DNA of 34,611 bases, taken from the UHGV virus genome UHGV-0165227; one strand, written 5' to 3'. This document shows, piece after piece, positions 18,969 to 29,740 of the stretch. This stretch comes from a virus. The translations under genes and the position numbers were made by a program. Every line of letters starts with the position of its first letter. Positions within the stretch are counted from its first letter, which is position 1. Under the pieces are notes generated by a model. That model saw only the letters and a list, made by a program, of their open reading frames with translations, searched no databases and was not told the origin of the DNA.

Positions 18969-19481
18969 TTAAACGGTATGATATTTCATTCTGGCTGCCT
19001 CAAAAGCCGCAGCGGCAAGTTCGGCAGTGTCATGGTATCCAAGGTTAATACACTTTCCAGACGCATTAATTCTTGCTCTCCATTTCCCGTACTTAGCATC
19101 CCAAGACACGCCACGGTATCCAGATTTATTATTCTTCTGAATTTTCCTGTTTTGCATATTTTCGGAATGAGTGACAAGACGAAGATTTGATATCCGGTTA
19201 TCTGTTCTTACCCTGTTGATGTGATCAATAAAACCATCGGGCATGGTGCCATAAACAATCAACCATGCCAGTCTGTGAGCAGGGTATGCTTTACCATTAA
19301 TCATAATCATTAAATACCCATCAGAATTTATTGATGAGCATTTCTTGAAAGCAAAACGAGAGTTCCATGTCAAAGTGGTCCTCTCTCTCCCCTGCCTCCA
19401 TCTCCAGTGAAAGTCGCCTGACGATGGATTGTAATCAACAACAGAAAGCACCATTTCTGGCGTTAATTTTATTTCTTTCAT
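18969..19481 (-). CDS. HNH homing endonuclease with AP2-type DNA-binding domain
   Basis: HNH motif DHINRVRTDNRISNLRLVTHSENMQN and AP2-like GYRGVSWDAKYGKWRARI; AAGGT RBS; sits between tR'-like terminator and late leader. Confidence 0.8.
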   Translation of the reverse strand: MKEIKLTPEMVLSVVDYNPSSGDFHWRWRQGRERTTLTWNSRFAFKKCSSINSDGYLMIMINGKAYPAHRLAWLIVYGTMPDGFIDHINRVRTDNRISNLRLVTHSENMQNRKIQKNNKSGYRGVSWDAKYGKWRARINASGKCINLGYHDTAELAAAAFEAARMKYHTV

Positions 19482-19603
19482 CGCTTTACCTTAGGGATAG
19501 AGCCTGTTCGCGTAGATATGACAGCCAAGAGCGGAGCGATGTTTCCACCACCATATCTCAGGCCCATATCACTAAGACTCTTGTTTTGATTGCACGCGAA
19601 TGC

Positions 19604-19628
19604 AAAAAAGCCCACAGGAGGTGGGCTT
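19604..19628 (-). terminator. Intrinsic terminator downstream of late promoter (tR'-like)
   Basis: Minus-strand GCCCAC-CTCCT-GTGGGC followed by TTTTTT. Confidence 0.6.
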
Positions 19629-19668
19629 GTGATGGTTGCTGAATGCAAAAGCAGCAGCATATGTGAAT

Positions 19669-19698
19669 ATTATGGCTAAATGGCTAATTGCATGTCAA
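19669..19698 (-). promoter_or_regulatory. Candidate late promoter pR' overlapping the 3' end of Q
   Basis: Minus-strand TTGACA (19698..19693), 18-nt spacer, CATAAT (19674..19669). Confidence 0.5.
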
Positions 19699-20194
19699 GG
19701 TTTTTAACAGCAACATGCTTAACTTTCTCAACACGTTTACGCATTTTGAAAGCATTTTGCATTGGCTGGTACAAAACAAATAATGACGCTTTCAGGATGT
19801 CGTCAATTTCGTTTCTACAGGTTGCCAGTGAAGGTTTTCTCCATCCCTCGCCACCACGTCCACACATCTTGCGTGGCTTTGCAGTCGCGTGATAGTAGGA
19901 TGCAATTGCTCGCTTAGATGAACCATGAGCGTAGTAGCTGAGGAGGATGCCAAAGGCTTTCTTGTCAATGTACATGACGGAATCGACGACCTGAGAAATC
20001 AACATTCCATCATCATCATTGCACATTGGCCTTGTCATAACTCTTCCCGGCTCTACGCTCTCCATGAACTTCGCTATTACGCTGCTCATGCGCTTTTCCA
20101 GACGACCTGAATAAACCCATGCGCCCCACAGTTCAAGCCAGCCATTCAGCCACTCATGCTGTTCTTTGGTGAGGTTTAGTTCTCTTATGCCCAC
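19676..20194 (-). CDS. Q: Late-gene antiterminator Q (Phage_antitermQ family)
   Basis: LELWGAW...RPMCNDDD...LLSYY pattern as in DLP12 QuuD-type Q; GTG start with GGGAGAAGG RBS; directly upstream of late promoter. Confidence 0.7.
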   Translation of the reverse strand: MGIRELNLTKEQHEWLNGWLELWGAWVYSGRLEKRMSSVIAKFMESVEPGRVMTRPMCNDDDGMLISQVVDSVMYIDKKAFGILLSYYAHGSSKRAIASYYHATAKPRKMCGRGGEGWRKPSLATCRNEIDDILKASLFVLYQPMQNAFKMRKRVEKVKHVAVKNLDMQLAI

Positions 20195-20856
20195 GCGCCT
20201 TCTCCCTGTACCTGAATCAATGTGAGATTTCCGCAGAACACTGCGCCGGTATCGATATACATCTGGTTGGAAAACTTGAGTGGTTTCACTGCTGGCGTAT
20301 GACCAAAGATGAACGTGTCCGCGCCTTTGATTTCTTTCACGATCCCGTCTTGTGAGTTGCTGATTCGTTCGCGGTTCCAGATTACCTGCTGATGATCAAC
20401 TGGCTTTCCAAACTCGTATTTATCACAAGGATAATCGGCGTGGCAGATGACATATTTTTTACCTTTGCTCACCAGTTCGATGATTAACGGAAGTTCACCT
20501 GCTTTATGGGCAAGAGCTTTAGCCAGAATTTCTTTGTCGTAATCGAGATTAAAGAACCAGCCACCGCCATTAAGCAGCCAGTGATTGACGTTTCCACGCT
20601 CTGATAAGCCATCAATCATCATTTGCTCATGGTTTCCACGTACAGCTCTGAACCAGGGGAATGTGATTAATTCCAGGCATTCGACGTTCTCTGTACCGCG
20701 ATCAACCAAATCGCCAACCGAGATAAGCAGGTCTTTTTTGGTGTCGAATCCTATCGTCTCCAGTTTTTTCATCAGGTTCGTGTAGCATCCGTGCAGATCG
20801 CCAACTACCCAAATATTTCGGTATTTGCTGCCATCAATTCTTTCGTAATAGCGCAT
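20185..20856 (-). CDS. Ser/Thr protein phosphatase (lambda PPase / NinI-like)
   Basis: GDLHG, GDLVDRG, GNHE metallophosphatase motifs; start taken at MRYYE as in lambda ORF221. Confidence 0.9.
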   Translation of the reverse strand: MRYYERIDGSKYRNIWVVGDLHGCYTNLMKKLETIGFDTKKDLLISVGDLVDRGTENVECLELITFPWFRAVRGNHEQMMIDGLSERGNVNHWLLNGGGWFFNLDYDKEILAKALAHKAGELPLIIELVSKGKKYVICHADYPCDKYEFGKPVDHQQVIWNRERISNSQDGIVKEIKGADTFIFGHTPAVKPLKFSNQMYIDTGAVFCGNLTLIQVQGEGAWA

Positions 20857-21040
20857 CTCTTTCACTCCATCCGCGATGAACCATGAGAACGTCGTTGACG
20901 ATGGCGTGCATTTTCCCGTCTTTATCATCAACGTATTTTCTGACCGTACCGCGACTACATTTCAGTCTGCGTGCTACTTCTGTCTGGTTTCCGTATGCTT
21001 CAACGAGCATGTCTGGAATGGTTTTTACTGAGAACGTCAT
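20834..21040 (-). CDS. ninH: NinH
   Basis: 68 aa, sequence recalled as lambda NinH; overlaps phosphatase start. Confidence 0.7.
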   Translation of the reverse strand: MTFSVKTIPDMLVEAYGNQTEVARRLKCSRGTVRKYVDDKDGKMHAIVNDVLMVHRGWSERDALLRKN

Positions 21041-21648
21041 GCGGCCTCACTTCTGCTGTTTCGCAGGTCTTTGAGTTTCTGCTGATACTCCGCCTTGATG
21101 GCCCTGCACTCTTCGACAGTCCAGCGATGGCGGTTATGGTTTGATTCGATTTCGTCTACTGCTTCCTGCCCGATGCGGCTAATCAGTTCGACGCGATACG
21201 GAACGAGATTCCCGCTTTTGTGCTGGTTGCACACCACGCATTGCTTGTGAATATTGCGTTCATCAAATCGGAGTTGAGGTGCCGCAGCAGTTGTCCGGTA
21301 ATGTCCGGCATCCCACTGAGCAGACGTGAGCGTTCCGCACGAGATACATGGTAAGTCGCGGTCTCTTTCTCTGATGAAGGCGTTTACGGCTTGTTGGGCT
21401 TGTTTAATCCAGTAACTGCGTGGCTTTAAGGCGAGTTTTCGAATCTTAAGTTTATCTTTCTGTTTCTGCTCCTCTCGTCGTCGTTTCTTCTCTGCTGCTT
21501 TTTCCGCTTTTTCGCGTTCTTTGCTTCGTCGTTCGAGTGCTATCTTGGTTCCACACTCTGGAGAGCACCACCACTGATTAGCGAATGCAGGGTGAAACCA
21601 TTCCCGACATTCTTCGTTTTTACATCGTCTTCGCGCTGGTTTAGCCAT
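21037..21648 (-). CDS. ninG: NinG (Rap) recombination protein
   Basis: Cys-rich N-terminus, basic Lys/Arg/Glu stretch, 203 aa as in lambda NinG. Confidence 0.85.
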   Translation of the reverse strand: MAKPARRRCKNEECREWFHPAFANQWWCSPECGTKIALERRSKEREKAEKAAEKKRRREEQKQKDKLKIRKLALKPRSYWIKQAQQAVNAFIRERDRDLPCISCGTLTSAQWDAGHYRTTAAAPQLRFDERNIHKQCVVCNQHKSGNLVPYRVELISRIGQEAVDEIESNHNRHRWTVEECRAIKAEYQQKLKDLRNSRSEAA

Positions 21649-21817
21649 CGTCTTCTTCCTCGTACATTGAGCTATTCGGATCGCTCATCAGTTCTGCACA
21701 GCAGTGCTCACACACGTGAACTTCCAGCACATGCAGCTTCTGACCGCAGTTAGCGCACGTTAAAGCCCGCTCGACGCTTTCTTTCTGGTATTGAAGGGAT
21801 TGGGATGGGCTAAGCAT
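21641..21817 (-). CDS. ninF: NinF
   Basis: 58-aa Cys-rich ORF ([25 protein letters not shown]...) not on the track; ATGGCTAA overlap with ninG start. Confidence 0.65.
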   Translation of the reverse strand: MLSPSQSLQYQKESVERALTCANCGQKLHVLEVHVCEHCCAELMSDPNSSMYEEEDDG

Positions 21818-22181
21818 TATTGGCGTCCTGCATCATGAGAAAGACAATCATGGCGGCGCGGAGGGGATTTTCATGTATAGCTCGCTTAGATTTACAGTAG
21901 GCCACACCGCGTGCACCCCACTCGTCTTCATCGAGATTGATAATGCTAATCCTGTATTTTTCAATAATCGGCCATGCGTCTGCTGGGTTTGCGCATGGGT
22001 TAAAGGATCCGCGCTCAACTTCTACTTCAACTGCGTCTCCGTTTACAATGTCTCCCTCAAATGAGACAAACACCATATCGCCATTCTCACCTTCTTTGTA
22101 ATCCGGTGATCCGTTATGAATGGCTTCGAATACCGCCACGTTAATTTCAAAATCACTTAACTGTGAATAATCCATTGTCAT
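21810..22181 (-). CDS. Hypothetical nin-region protein
   Basis: ATG at 22181 overlaps ninE stop (ATGA); acidic 123-aa protein. Confidence 0.5.
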   Translation of the reverse strand: MTMDYSQLSDFEINVAVFEAIHNGSPDYKEGENGDMVFVSFEGDIVNGDAVEVEVERGSFNPCANPADAWPIIEKYRISIINLDEDEWGARGVAYCKSKRAIHENPLRAAMIVFLMMQDANNA

Positions 22182-22354
22182 TTCCTCGCACGATGTCTTA
22201 GCCACCGGATATCCCACAGGTGAGCCGTGTAGTTGAAGGTTTTTACGTCAGATTCTTTTGGGATTGGCTTGCGTTTATTTCTGGAGCGTTTCGTTGGAAG
22301 GTATTTGCAGTTTTCGCAGATGATGTCGGTGATACTTCGTCGCTGTCGTCTCAT
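22178..22354 (-). CDS. ninE: NinE
   Basis: [23 protein letters not shown]... recalled as lambda NinE; ATGA overlap with ninB stop. Confidence 0.65.
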   Translation of the reverse strand: MRRQRRSITDIICENCKYLPTKRSRNKRKPIPKESDVKTFNYTAHLWDIRWLRHRARK

Positions 22355-22761
22355 TCGTACCTCCTGTCGGTAAATCTGACACCCTGACCAATAGCCCATG
22401 CTGTCGTGTACTCAATCAGACTTGCCATACGCTTCACGCTCATCTGCGCGCTACTTTCGCGAATGTTGACGTATTCGCCTTCAAGCCCGGGCAAAACATC
22501 AGCTTCCTGCTTTGTAGCCACTGCATGACCGCTGATCAACAAAACCTTCCATTGTTCCGGTTTTAACCATTTGTCGCGCCACTGAACTTGCCTAGCGATA
22601 TCTGCGACCATCGCGTGAAATTTTGCGTTCTGGTCAAGGTTGCGCTTGTAGTCAGTAATGCGGATGGTGACTGGCTTGTCTTTATCGAGTGGTGTTGCGA
22701 GGATGGCATTTATTGCAGCTTGCTGTTGTTGCTTAGTTCGGAGGAAGATTGTTTGCTTCAT
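22351..22761 (-). CDS. ninB: NinB recombination protein
   Basis: Pattern [12 protein letters not shown]...WKVLL resembles lambda NinB; start at internal ATG 22761. Confidence 0.75.
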   Translation of the reverse strand: MKQTIFLRTKQQQQAAINAILATPLDKDKPVTIRITDYKRNLDQNAKFHAMVADIARQVQWRDKWLKPEQWKVLLISGHAVATKQEADVLPGLEGEYVNIRESSAQMSVKRMASLIEYTTAWAIGQGVRFTDRRYE

Positions 22762-22763
22762 CG

Positions 22764-23081
22764 TTACTCCTTCACTTTGACTCCAACAGCGCGAATCCGT
22801 CCTTCGCATTCACTAATTGCGTCGTTATAACCAAATGTGACCCCATCCTCGAAATCGGTAGAAAATGCCTCACGCTCTCTTTTTCCAGGACACTCAATCT
22901 CGATAGCTGCTCGCGATGCCTGCCACGTTTGCCAGTGGCCTTGAACATCGTCCATCACGTATTGACCACCAATATCACCACTGCCAATTTCATGGTGATT
23001 TTCAGGGTAACGGATAAGGTCTGAAGATTCGCCTCCACGTCGCAACCAACTTTCTTCAAACTGCTTTCTTGATTCGTCCAT
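22764..23081 (-). CDS. Hypothetical protein at start of nin region
   Basis: 105-aa acidic ORF abutting ninB. Confidence 0.45.
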   Translation of the reverse strand: MDESRKQFEESWLRRGGESSDLIRYPENHHEIGSGDIGGQYVMDDVQGHWQTWQASRAAIEIECPGKREREAFSTDFEDGVTFGYNDAISECEGRIRAVGVKVKE

Positions 23082-23098
23082 CGATACTTACCCTCAGT

Positions 23099-23305
23099 TC
23101 AACTCACAAAACGCCACGCCATTTTTGCTACAGCGACAGGCATAACACCGATAATCACCCAGACAAATGCAGCGCCAAACAACGTATACCATGGATCTTT
23201 ACCGTCATTCACAAGGCGAATGTAGCTATGCAGAACAATAAAAAACGTCAGAAGAATCCATCCAACGCCAACGCATTTGAGTGCGACGAGCATAAACTCA
23301 GCCAC
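23099..23305 (-). CDS. Small membrane protein (68 aa, GTG start)
   Basis: Two hydrophobic helices; GGAG RBS 9 nt upstream; directly after tR2-like terminator. Confidence 0.4.
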   Translation of the reverse strand: MAEFMLVALKCVGVGWILLTFFIVLHSYIRLVNDGKDPWYTLFGAAFVWVIIGVMPVAVAKMAWRFVS

Positions 23306-23320
23306 GATTTACTCTCCCCC

Positions 23321-23352
23321 AAATAAAAAGGCCTGCGATTACCAGCAGGCCT
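23321..23352 (-). terminator. Intrinsic terminator between replication and nin genes (tR2-like)
   Basis: Minus-strand AGGCCTGC / GCAGGCCT 8-bp stem, 8-nt loop, then TTTTTATTT. Confidence 0.55.
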
Positions 23353-23381
23353 GTTATTAGCTCAGTGATGTAGATGGTCAT

Positions 23382-25262
23382 TTAATACTCCGTCACGTTT
23401 TCCTGTCGCCACGCCTCGTCATATTCCGATTTCGGCATATTGGCGATGTAGCTATATGGCGATCCTGATTCAAGTTGCAGGAACTGGTGCGATTGCTCGT
23501 CAAGGAACAACGGGACACCACCTTCCCAACCTTCGCCGTTACGTTGTTTTTCAAGCATCAAAACAGATGCCGGAGATGCCAGTAGCTGTTCGTCCTTCTC
23601 TGACATCTTTTCACCACTCTGAACTCTCTGTAACGCTCTCTCGCGAGCCTTGTTACGCCAGATGATGAAAAGGTTGTCTGTCAGGTCTGTTATCGCTCCA
23701 GAGCCTTTTACGTCCATTTTCCCGGTTGGTTTTTCTTCGCTATCTCCTTTTCTGGAGTGAGTAACGAGAATGACGTGGGAGTTTGTTTTGTTTTTGAAGT
23801 CACAAATCGAGTCAACAAATGCTTTCTGCCCGTTATAGTCATCGTCACCTATGCCGCATTTCATCAGGCTGTCGATGATGAATAACTGGATGCCGTATCG
23901 GCGGCGAGCGTAGTCGAATATTTCGATCAGCCTGTCGGCTTTCGCCGTTCCGGTCAGGCCAAACACCCAAAGTCTTTCGTCATAAAATTTAAATGCAGAG
24001 TCAATTTCCAGCACTGGCGGCATCTTGCAGCACGTCGCCTGACGGGTAAGGCGCTTAAGGAGAATACCAGGCTTCAGCTCAAGTGACGCGATGCACGTCT
24101 TCACACCCTGACGCATTGCCTCAAGTGCCATATGCCCGACAACCTCCGTTTTTCCGTGACCGTTCACACCATTGACCAGCGTCAACTCTGCCTCACGGAA
24201 CTGGAATTTATCTGCCAGAGATTCCCACGGTGGATTAAACAGATACTGCTGCTTGCCGTAGAAAGCGTTGATAGTGTCCTGGTAAAACTCTCGCGCACTG
24301 TAGAGTTCTTCAGGATCGAAGTAGGATGCCGTGCCGATGTACTGCCAGATTTCATCCTCGGTAACACCGTTCATCAGGCATTCGTTGATGTCTTTGTACG
24401 GCAGAGTAACAAGACGGCAACGATGTTCACCGAGTCGGCTTGCGATTTCCCTTGCGGCTTCACGACCAACATCATCAACGTCCATCGAGATGAATATTTC
24501 CTCAAACCTGTCGAGGTTGTGATACTCAAACTCAATCCACTGTTGCTTAGCGCCTTTCCCGCCACCAAACGGCACGGATAACGCCGAGATGCCGTATTGC
24601 GCATAGCTCATACAATCAATTTCGCCTTCGCAAAGTACAACCGCCCTCACGCCAGCGTCCAGAGCCTGCCATCCAAACAGACAAGGTTCGCAATCACCTT
24701 CTGCCATAATGACTTTCTTCCCGTCCGGTCGCTCAGTGCTGATTCGCTTGACCTGCAACAACTCACCATCGCGTTTGTACGGAAGCACCAGTGCATCAAG
24801 TTCTCGTTCTCCATTCCACACCTTGCCGCTGACAACCTCGTAGCGCTTTACGACTTCTGGCGATATGCCACGCGATTGCAGGTACTCAAGATGGGATTCT
24901 GTTCTGGTAACGTAGCGGGCGATTTTCTTGCGGTCAGGTCTGGAGAATTTCTTCTCACGTTTGGCATCGAAATGGTGATCGTCATCCTTGATTCCGAGAA
25001 AGGCTTTCGCTTCCTGCATAGCCTGATGCAGGTTAATTCCACGACATGCCATCCACAAATCAAGCATGTCACCGCCGTCTCCCTCAGCGAAATCAGCCCA
25101 TTTTTTCTTGCCGCTAAGGTTGACCTTAAGGCTGTTTCCCTTGTCACCGTTGACGTTACCGGCAACCCACTCATGCCCCTCTTTCTTGCCGTTTGGCAAC
25201 AGGTGCGGAGCCACCCTGTCAACCTGCGCCCAAAGCAGGTCACTGAGTTCACTTGGAGTCAT
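23382..25262 (-). CDS. Bifunctional DNA primase-helicase (TOPRIM + RecA/DnaB-like ATPase)
   Basis: TOPRIM-like VVLCEGEIDCMS; Walker A GVNGHGKT and Walker B IIDSL in C-terminal half. Confidence 0.8.
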   Translation of the reverse strand: MTPSELSDLLWAQVDRVAPHLLPNGKKEGHEWVAGNVNGDKGNSLKVNLSGKKKWADFAEGDGGDMLDLWMACRGINLHQAMQEAKAFLGIKDDDHHFDAKREKKFSRPDRKKIARYVTRTESHLEYLQSRGISPEVVKRYEVVSGKVWNGERELDALVLPYKRDGELLQVKRISTERPDGKKVIMAEGDCEPCLFGWQALDAGVRAVVLCEGEIDCMSYAQYGISALSVPFGGGKGAKQQWIEFEYHNLDRFEEIFISMDVDDVGREAAREIASRLGEHRCRLVTLPYKDINECLMNGVTEDEIWQYIGTASYFDPEELYSAREFYQDTINAFYGKQQYLFNPPWESLADKFQFREAELTLVNGVNGHGKTEVVGHMALEAMRQGVKTCIASLELKPGILLKRLTRQATCCKMPPVLEIDSAFKFYDERLWVFGLTGTAKADRLIEIFDYARRRYGIQLFIIDSLMKCGIGDDDYNGQKAFVDSICDFKNKTNSHVILVTHSRKGDSEEKPTGKMDVKGSGAITDLTDNLFIIWRNKARERALQRVQSGEKMSEKDEQLLASPASVLMLEKQRNGEGWEGGVPLFLDEQSHQFLQLESGSPYSYIANMPKSEYDEAWRQENVTEY

Positions 25263-25369
25263 GATTCCCTCAGATTGAGATTTTTAAACCAGAAATCGAC
25301 AAACGAAATACTTAACCAGCCGTGGTTATAACCAGCGACCAGTAGCGATTTGATTTTTGATTTCATGGT

Positions 25370-26230
25370 TCACCTGTCGAAAAACACGTAGCCAGTTTTC
25401 GATACGGTGATTGCGGATGATGGTTTGGATTGTGGTTGAATAGTTTCTGGCTTCTCGTCGTTCCAGCGCTGACCGTTCAGGTAGCTCGATGGTAACAACC
25501 TGTCGAATCCGAACTGCTTACCATTCCTGCATGCGATGTCTTCTGCTAGCATCGTGGCAAACTCGCTTGCCGTACCCCTGGTAGTTTTACGCCATTCCCT
25601 GAACTGTGTTCTGAATGCCGAAGCTGCGTTTTTCTTCCCGGCTTTCCGCATGCCTGCACACCAGAATATTTCCTCGAATGCCTTGTCGGTTTCTTCGTGA
25701 CGGTCAGGTGATTTTTCACACTCCGTCCGAACACTTTCGGACATAGTGTTTTTATTATTTCTTTTTTCTTTTGTAATAGTTTCTTTTGTGTGTCCCTGTT
25801 TTGGTGACAGCGCTGTCACCGTTTTGGTGACACTTTTTGTCACCAATGCAGTGACATTATCACCAGAGTAGTGACACCCTTCGATTTGCCATTCCTCGAT
25901 GTTCTTGTTAGGCCCGATTTGCTGGCCTTCGCGAAGGATAACCTTCATCGCGATAAGCTCATTCTTGGCCTTGTTTACCTTCTGTCTTGGCAGCCTGGTA
26001 ATTTGAGCTAACTGACTATCAGAGATGCGATCCATCTTTTTACCGTAGCCGTATGTTTTACGGCATATGGCGTGGGCAACCTTGCTCTGATTTTTCGTTA
26101 AATCTGCGCCGATAAGCTCTTCATACAGGGCATTTGCAAGACGGGTATAACCATCTTCAACTTCTGCCACACGACGCTCCACAGGCCGTTGTGAAGGCCT
26201 TAAATGTGTTACGGTTGCAAGATTACTCAT
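25370..26230 (-). CDS. Replication initiator, lambda O-like N-terminal domain
   Basis: GADLTK...RKTYG...MDRISDSQL...GPNKNI pattern as lambda O N-terminus; iterons inside gene. Confidence 0.7.
   Translation of the reverse strand: MSNLATVTHLRPSQRPVERRVAEVEDGYTRLANALYEELIGADLTKNQSKVAHAICRKTYGYGKKMDRISDSQLAQITRLPRQKVNKAKNELIAMKVILREGQQIGPNKNIEEWQIEGCHYSGDNVTALVTKSVTKTVTALSPKQGHTKETITKEKRNNKNTMSESVRTECEKSPDRHEETDKAFEEIFWCAGMRKAGKKNAASAFRTQFREWRKTTRGTASEFATMLAEDIACRNGKQFGFDRLLPSSYLNGQRWNDEKPETIQPQSKPSSAITVSKTGYVFFDR
25749..25880. other. Candidate replication origin: GTGACA-type iterons (25797-25880) plus AT-rich tract (25749-25796) inside the O-like gene
   Basis: Perfect 18-bp palindrome GGTGACAGCGCTGTCACC (25803-25820) and at least four further GGTGACA/TGTCACC half-sites, flanked by a T/A-rich stretch. 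Confidence 0.55.
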
Positions 26231-26369
26231 GACCTTTCTCCTTCTGCATCAGCTTCACTTTTTCCAACTCAGCCCGGAATCGACCAGGCTGCTTGAAGCT
26301 GGACAGGAAGCGATCACGTAGTATGTGTTTGTGAATTTTGTCCTGGTAAGGACTGAGTTGTTTTGTCAT
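26223..26369 (-). CDS. Small basic hypothetical protein (48 aa) between cII and O
   Basis: AGGAG RBS 5 nt before ATG at 26369; stop overlaps O start codon. Confidence 0.3.
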   Translation of the reverse strand: MTKQLSPYQDKIHKHILRDRFLSSFKQPGRFRAELEKVKLMQKEKGHE

Positions 26370-26403
26370 AATGACTCCTGTGGATTGATCCAGTCTTTCT
26401 ACA

Positions 26404-26685
26404 TCAGGCCTCGAAGAATTCGCCGTTCTTCGGGGCTTTTTCTTTTGTCAGGTAATCGGCAAGCCGCTTAGTCAATTCAGCCATTTCATCGTCTTCGATT
26501 CCGTATTCCAGAACAGCAAGCATCATGCTTACCTGCGAGAAGAAACCATTCTTCCATCGGCTTACCTGATATTCAGGAACCCCCATTGCTCGAGCGAATG
26601 TCTTCTGCCCCATCAGTGCCAGTTTGTTCAGCAAGGCCGACTCGATGCGAGCCGCTTTCTTGCTTTTAGTTGCAATAGTACCCAT
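26404..26685 (-). CDS. cII: CII-like transcriptional activator
   Basis: [11 protein letters not shown]...SRWK...MLLAVLE pattern as lambda CII; position downstream of cro/nutR. Confidence 0.8.
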   Translation of the reverse strand: MGTIATKSKKAARIESALLNKLALMGQKTFARAMGVPEYQVSRWKNGFFSQVSMMLAVLEYGIEDDEMAELTKRLADYLTKEKAPKNGEFFEA

Positions 26686-26761
26686 AGATAATTTCCTTAA
26701 TGATTAGATAGAGTTGGCTTCGCAAAGAAACGCAAAACCATAGAGATTTGTTTCTGGTAAT

Positions 26762-26793
26762 GCCCTTTTTCAGGGCTGGGATGTGTAAGAGCG
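26762..26793 (-). promoter_or_regulatory. nutR (boxA + boxB)
   Basis: Minus-strand boxA CGCTCTTA (26793..26786) and boxB GCCCTGAAAAAGGGC (26776..26762) just after cro stop. Confidence 0.7.
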
Positions 26794-26801
26794 GGAATGT
26801 C

Positions 26802-28154
<1,353 letters not shown>

Positions 28155-28203
28155 TCCCCACCTCAATCTCGATAACCAAAAACAAACTATTTTTCATTTA
28201 AAA

Positions 28204-28271
28204 ACAATGGAGTTTGTTTTTCACGCCCCTTTTTACAATATTTCTTGTTTACAACATACAATCTTTCTTGT
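28204..28271. promoter_or_regulatory. 434-type left operators (three ACAA-N6-TTGT sites) with pL
   Basis: Sites at 28204-28217, 28235-28248, 28258-28271 upstream of nutL and N. Confidence 0.75.
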
Positions 28272-28315
28272 AATTTTAAGCCATCAGCAGGACGCACTGA
28301 CCACCATGAAGGTGA

Positions 28316-28346
28316 GGCTCTTAAAAATTAAGCCCTGAAGAAGGGC
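28316..28346 (+). promoter_or_regulatory. nutL (boxA-like GGCTCTTA + boxB GCCCTGAAGAAGGGC)
   Basis: boxB perfect hairpin at 28332-28346; context ATGAAGGTGA-GCTCTTAAAAATTAAGCCCTGAAGAAGGGCAGC as in lambda nutL. Confidence 0.75.
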
Positions 28347-28614
28347 AGCATTCAAAGCAGAAGGCTTTGGGGTGTGGTGAAGCCAGCTAGTCACTGGCAA
28401 GTGCTTACCTACTGTTGAGCGGTGAAGAGCTCCCAACGCTAGCAATAGCGTGGACGAGATGGGGAGCCGCGGGCGATAAGGCCGCCATAACGCGCACGTT
28501 GTCGCATGGAAAAATCGCTGGGGTGCCGGTTATACCCCTCCGAATGAGACTCAACAAGCTGGAGCTAGACTACCAGCCACCACACCACCAAAGCTAACTG
28601 ACAGGAGAATCCAG

Positions 28615-28941
28615 ATGGATGCACAAGCACGCCGCCGCGAACGTCGCGCAGAGAAACAGGCTCAATGGAAAGCAGCAAATCCCCTGTTGGTTGGGGTAAG
28701 CGCAAAACCAGTTAACCGCCCTATTCTCTCGCTGAATCGCAAACCGAAATCACGAGTAGAAAGCGCACTGAATCCGATAGACCTTACGGTGCTGGCTGAA
28801 TACCACGAACAGATTGAAAGCAACCTGCAACGTATTGAGCGCAAGAATCAGCGCACATGGTACAGCAAGCCACGCAGTGAAATGGGTGTGACTTGTGTTG
28901 GTCGCCAGAAAATGAAATTAGGCAGCAAACCACTTATTTGA
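28615..28941 (+). CDS. N: Antiterminator N
   Basis: Arg-rich N-terminus MDAQARRRERRAEKQAQWKAANPLL, lambda N-like throughout. Confidence 0.9.
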   Translation: MDAQARRRERRAEKQAQWKAANPLLVGVSAKPVNRPILSLNRKPKSRVESALNPIDLTVLAEYHEQIESNLQRIERKNQRTWYSKPRSEMGVTCVGRQKMKLGSKPLI

Positions 28942-28949
28942 GGTGATAT

Positions 28950-29201
28950 ATGGAATTTCATGAAAGTGCGATTTGTGATTTTCGCGCTAACGCAAATTCA
29001 GTAAAACCACAGCCAATTGCAGTTCTTTTTAAAACAATGGGGGCGTGGGCTGTTTTATGCTTCGCCGCTGACGACACTGACGCAAGAATGGCAATAGGCC
29101 AAGAGATGGAGATGGACCCGACAAACGATGAATTCATAATTTATGGCGCTCCATCTAATTACTTACTTGATACCTGCAACATTTACAACAAGGCTGCCTG
29201 A
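28950..29201 (+). CDS. Hypothetical protein downstream of N
   Basis: GAGGTGA RBS before ATG 28950; 83 aa, no recognised family. Confidence 0.45.
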   Translation: MEFHESAICDFRANANSVKPQPIAVLFKTMGAWAVLCFAADDTDARMAIGQEMEMDPTNDEFIIYGAPSNYLLDTCNIYNKAA

Positions 29202-29260
29202 TGGTGGCCTTTATTTTTTGGCCGTAAATAATTTCATGCTTATTACAATCAAGGGGATAT

Positions 29261-29710
29261 ATGGAAGAACAAGCAAACAAGATTCTCGTAGAACTACTGC
29301 AAAAAGCCAGCAATGGAATAGACATGGCTGTTTCATTCAGCCAGGCGCAGATTCCTGATGTTGTTCATCAGTTGCTGCTATGGAATATGGTTGACAGTCT
29401 GATTAAAACATTAATAGCCATTCTAACAATCCCACTGGTTTTCTGGTTTATGAAGAAGCAGTGCCGAAGAGTTGAGACAGGTAAAATCGGTGATGAAGGA
29501 TATTCATGGGAGAAGGGAAATCCCAAATACAGGCCGACAATGGTTTGGGATAGCAAAGGTGATATTAATCTTCTTATCATGCCATTAGTTGTAGTTTTGG
29601 CTCTGTGGGGGATTTTTATTATTAGTGCAGTAACCAATATGACATGGTTAAAAATTTTGCTGGCTCCAAAGCTTTACCTTATCGAATATGCAGCATCATT
29701 GGTTAAGTAA
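29261..29710 (+). CDS. Two-pass membrane protein (149 aa), function unknown
   Basis: AAGGGGA RBS; two hydrophobic helices; followed directly by intrinsic terminator. Confidence 0.5.
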   Translation: MEEQANKILVELLQKASNGIDMAVSFSQAQIPDVVHQLLLWNMVDSLIKTLIAILTIPLVFWFMKKQCRRVETGKIGDEGYSWEKGNPKYRPTMVWDSKGDINLLIMPLVVVLALWGIFIISAVTNMTWLKILLAPKLYLIEYAASLVK

Positions 29711-29714
29711 TTTC

Positions 29715-29740
29715 AGGCCGCATAGTCGGCCTTTATTTTT
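29715..29740 (+). terminator. Intrinsic terminator
   Basis: AGGCCG / CGGCCT stem, 6-nt loop, TTATTTTT. Confidence 0.6.

Noticed and set aside
24597-25331. 244-aa plus-strand ORF
   Set aside because: Antisense to the primase-helicase gene with no motifs or RBS; the minus-strand gene carries clear TOPRIM and Walker motifs.
28415-28597. 60-aa ORF (TTG start) between nutL and N
   Set aside because: Lies in the nutL-to-N leader, which is untranslated in lambda; no RBS; most likely leader RNA.
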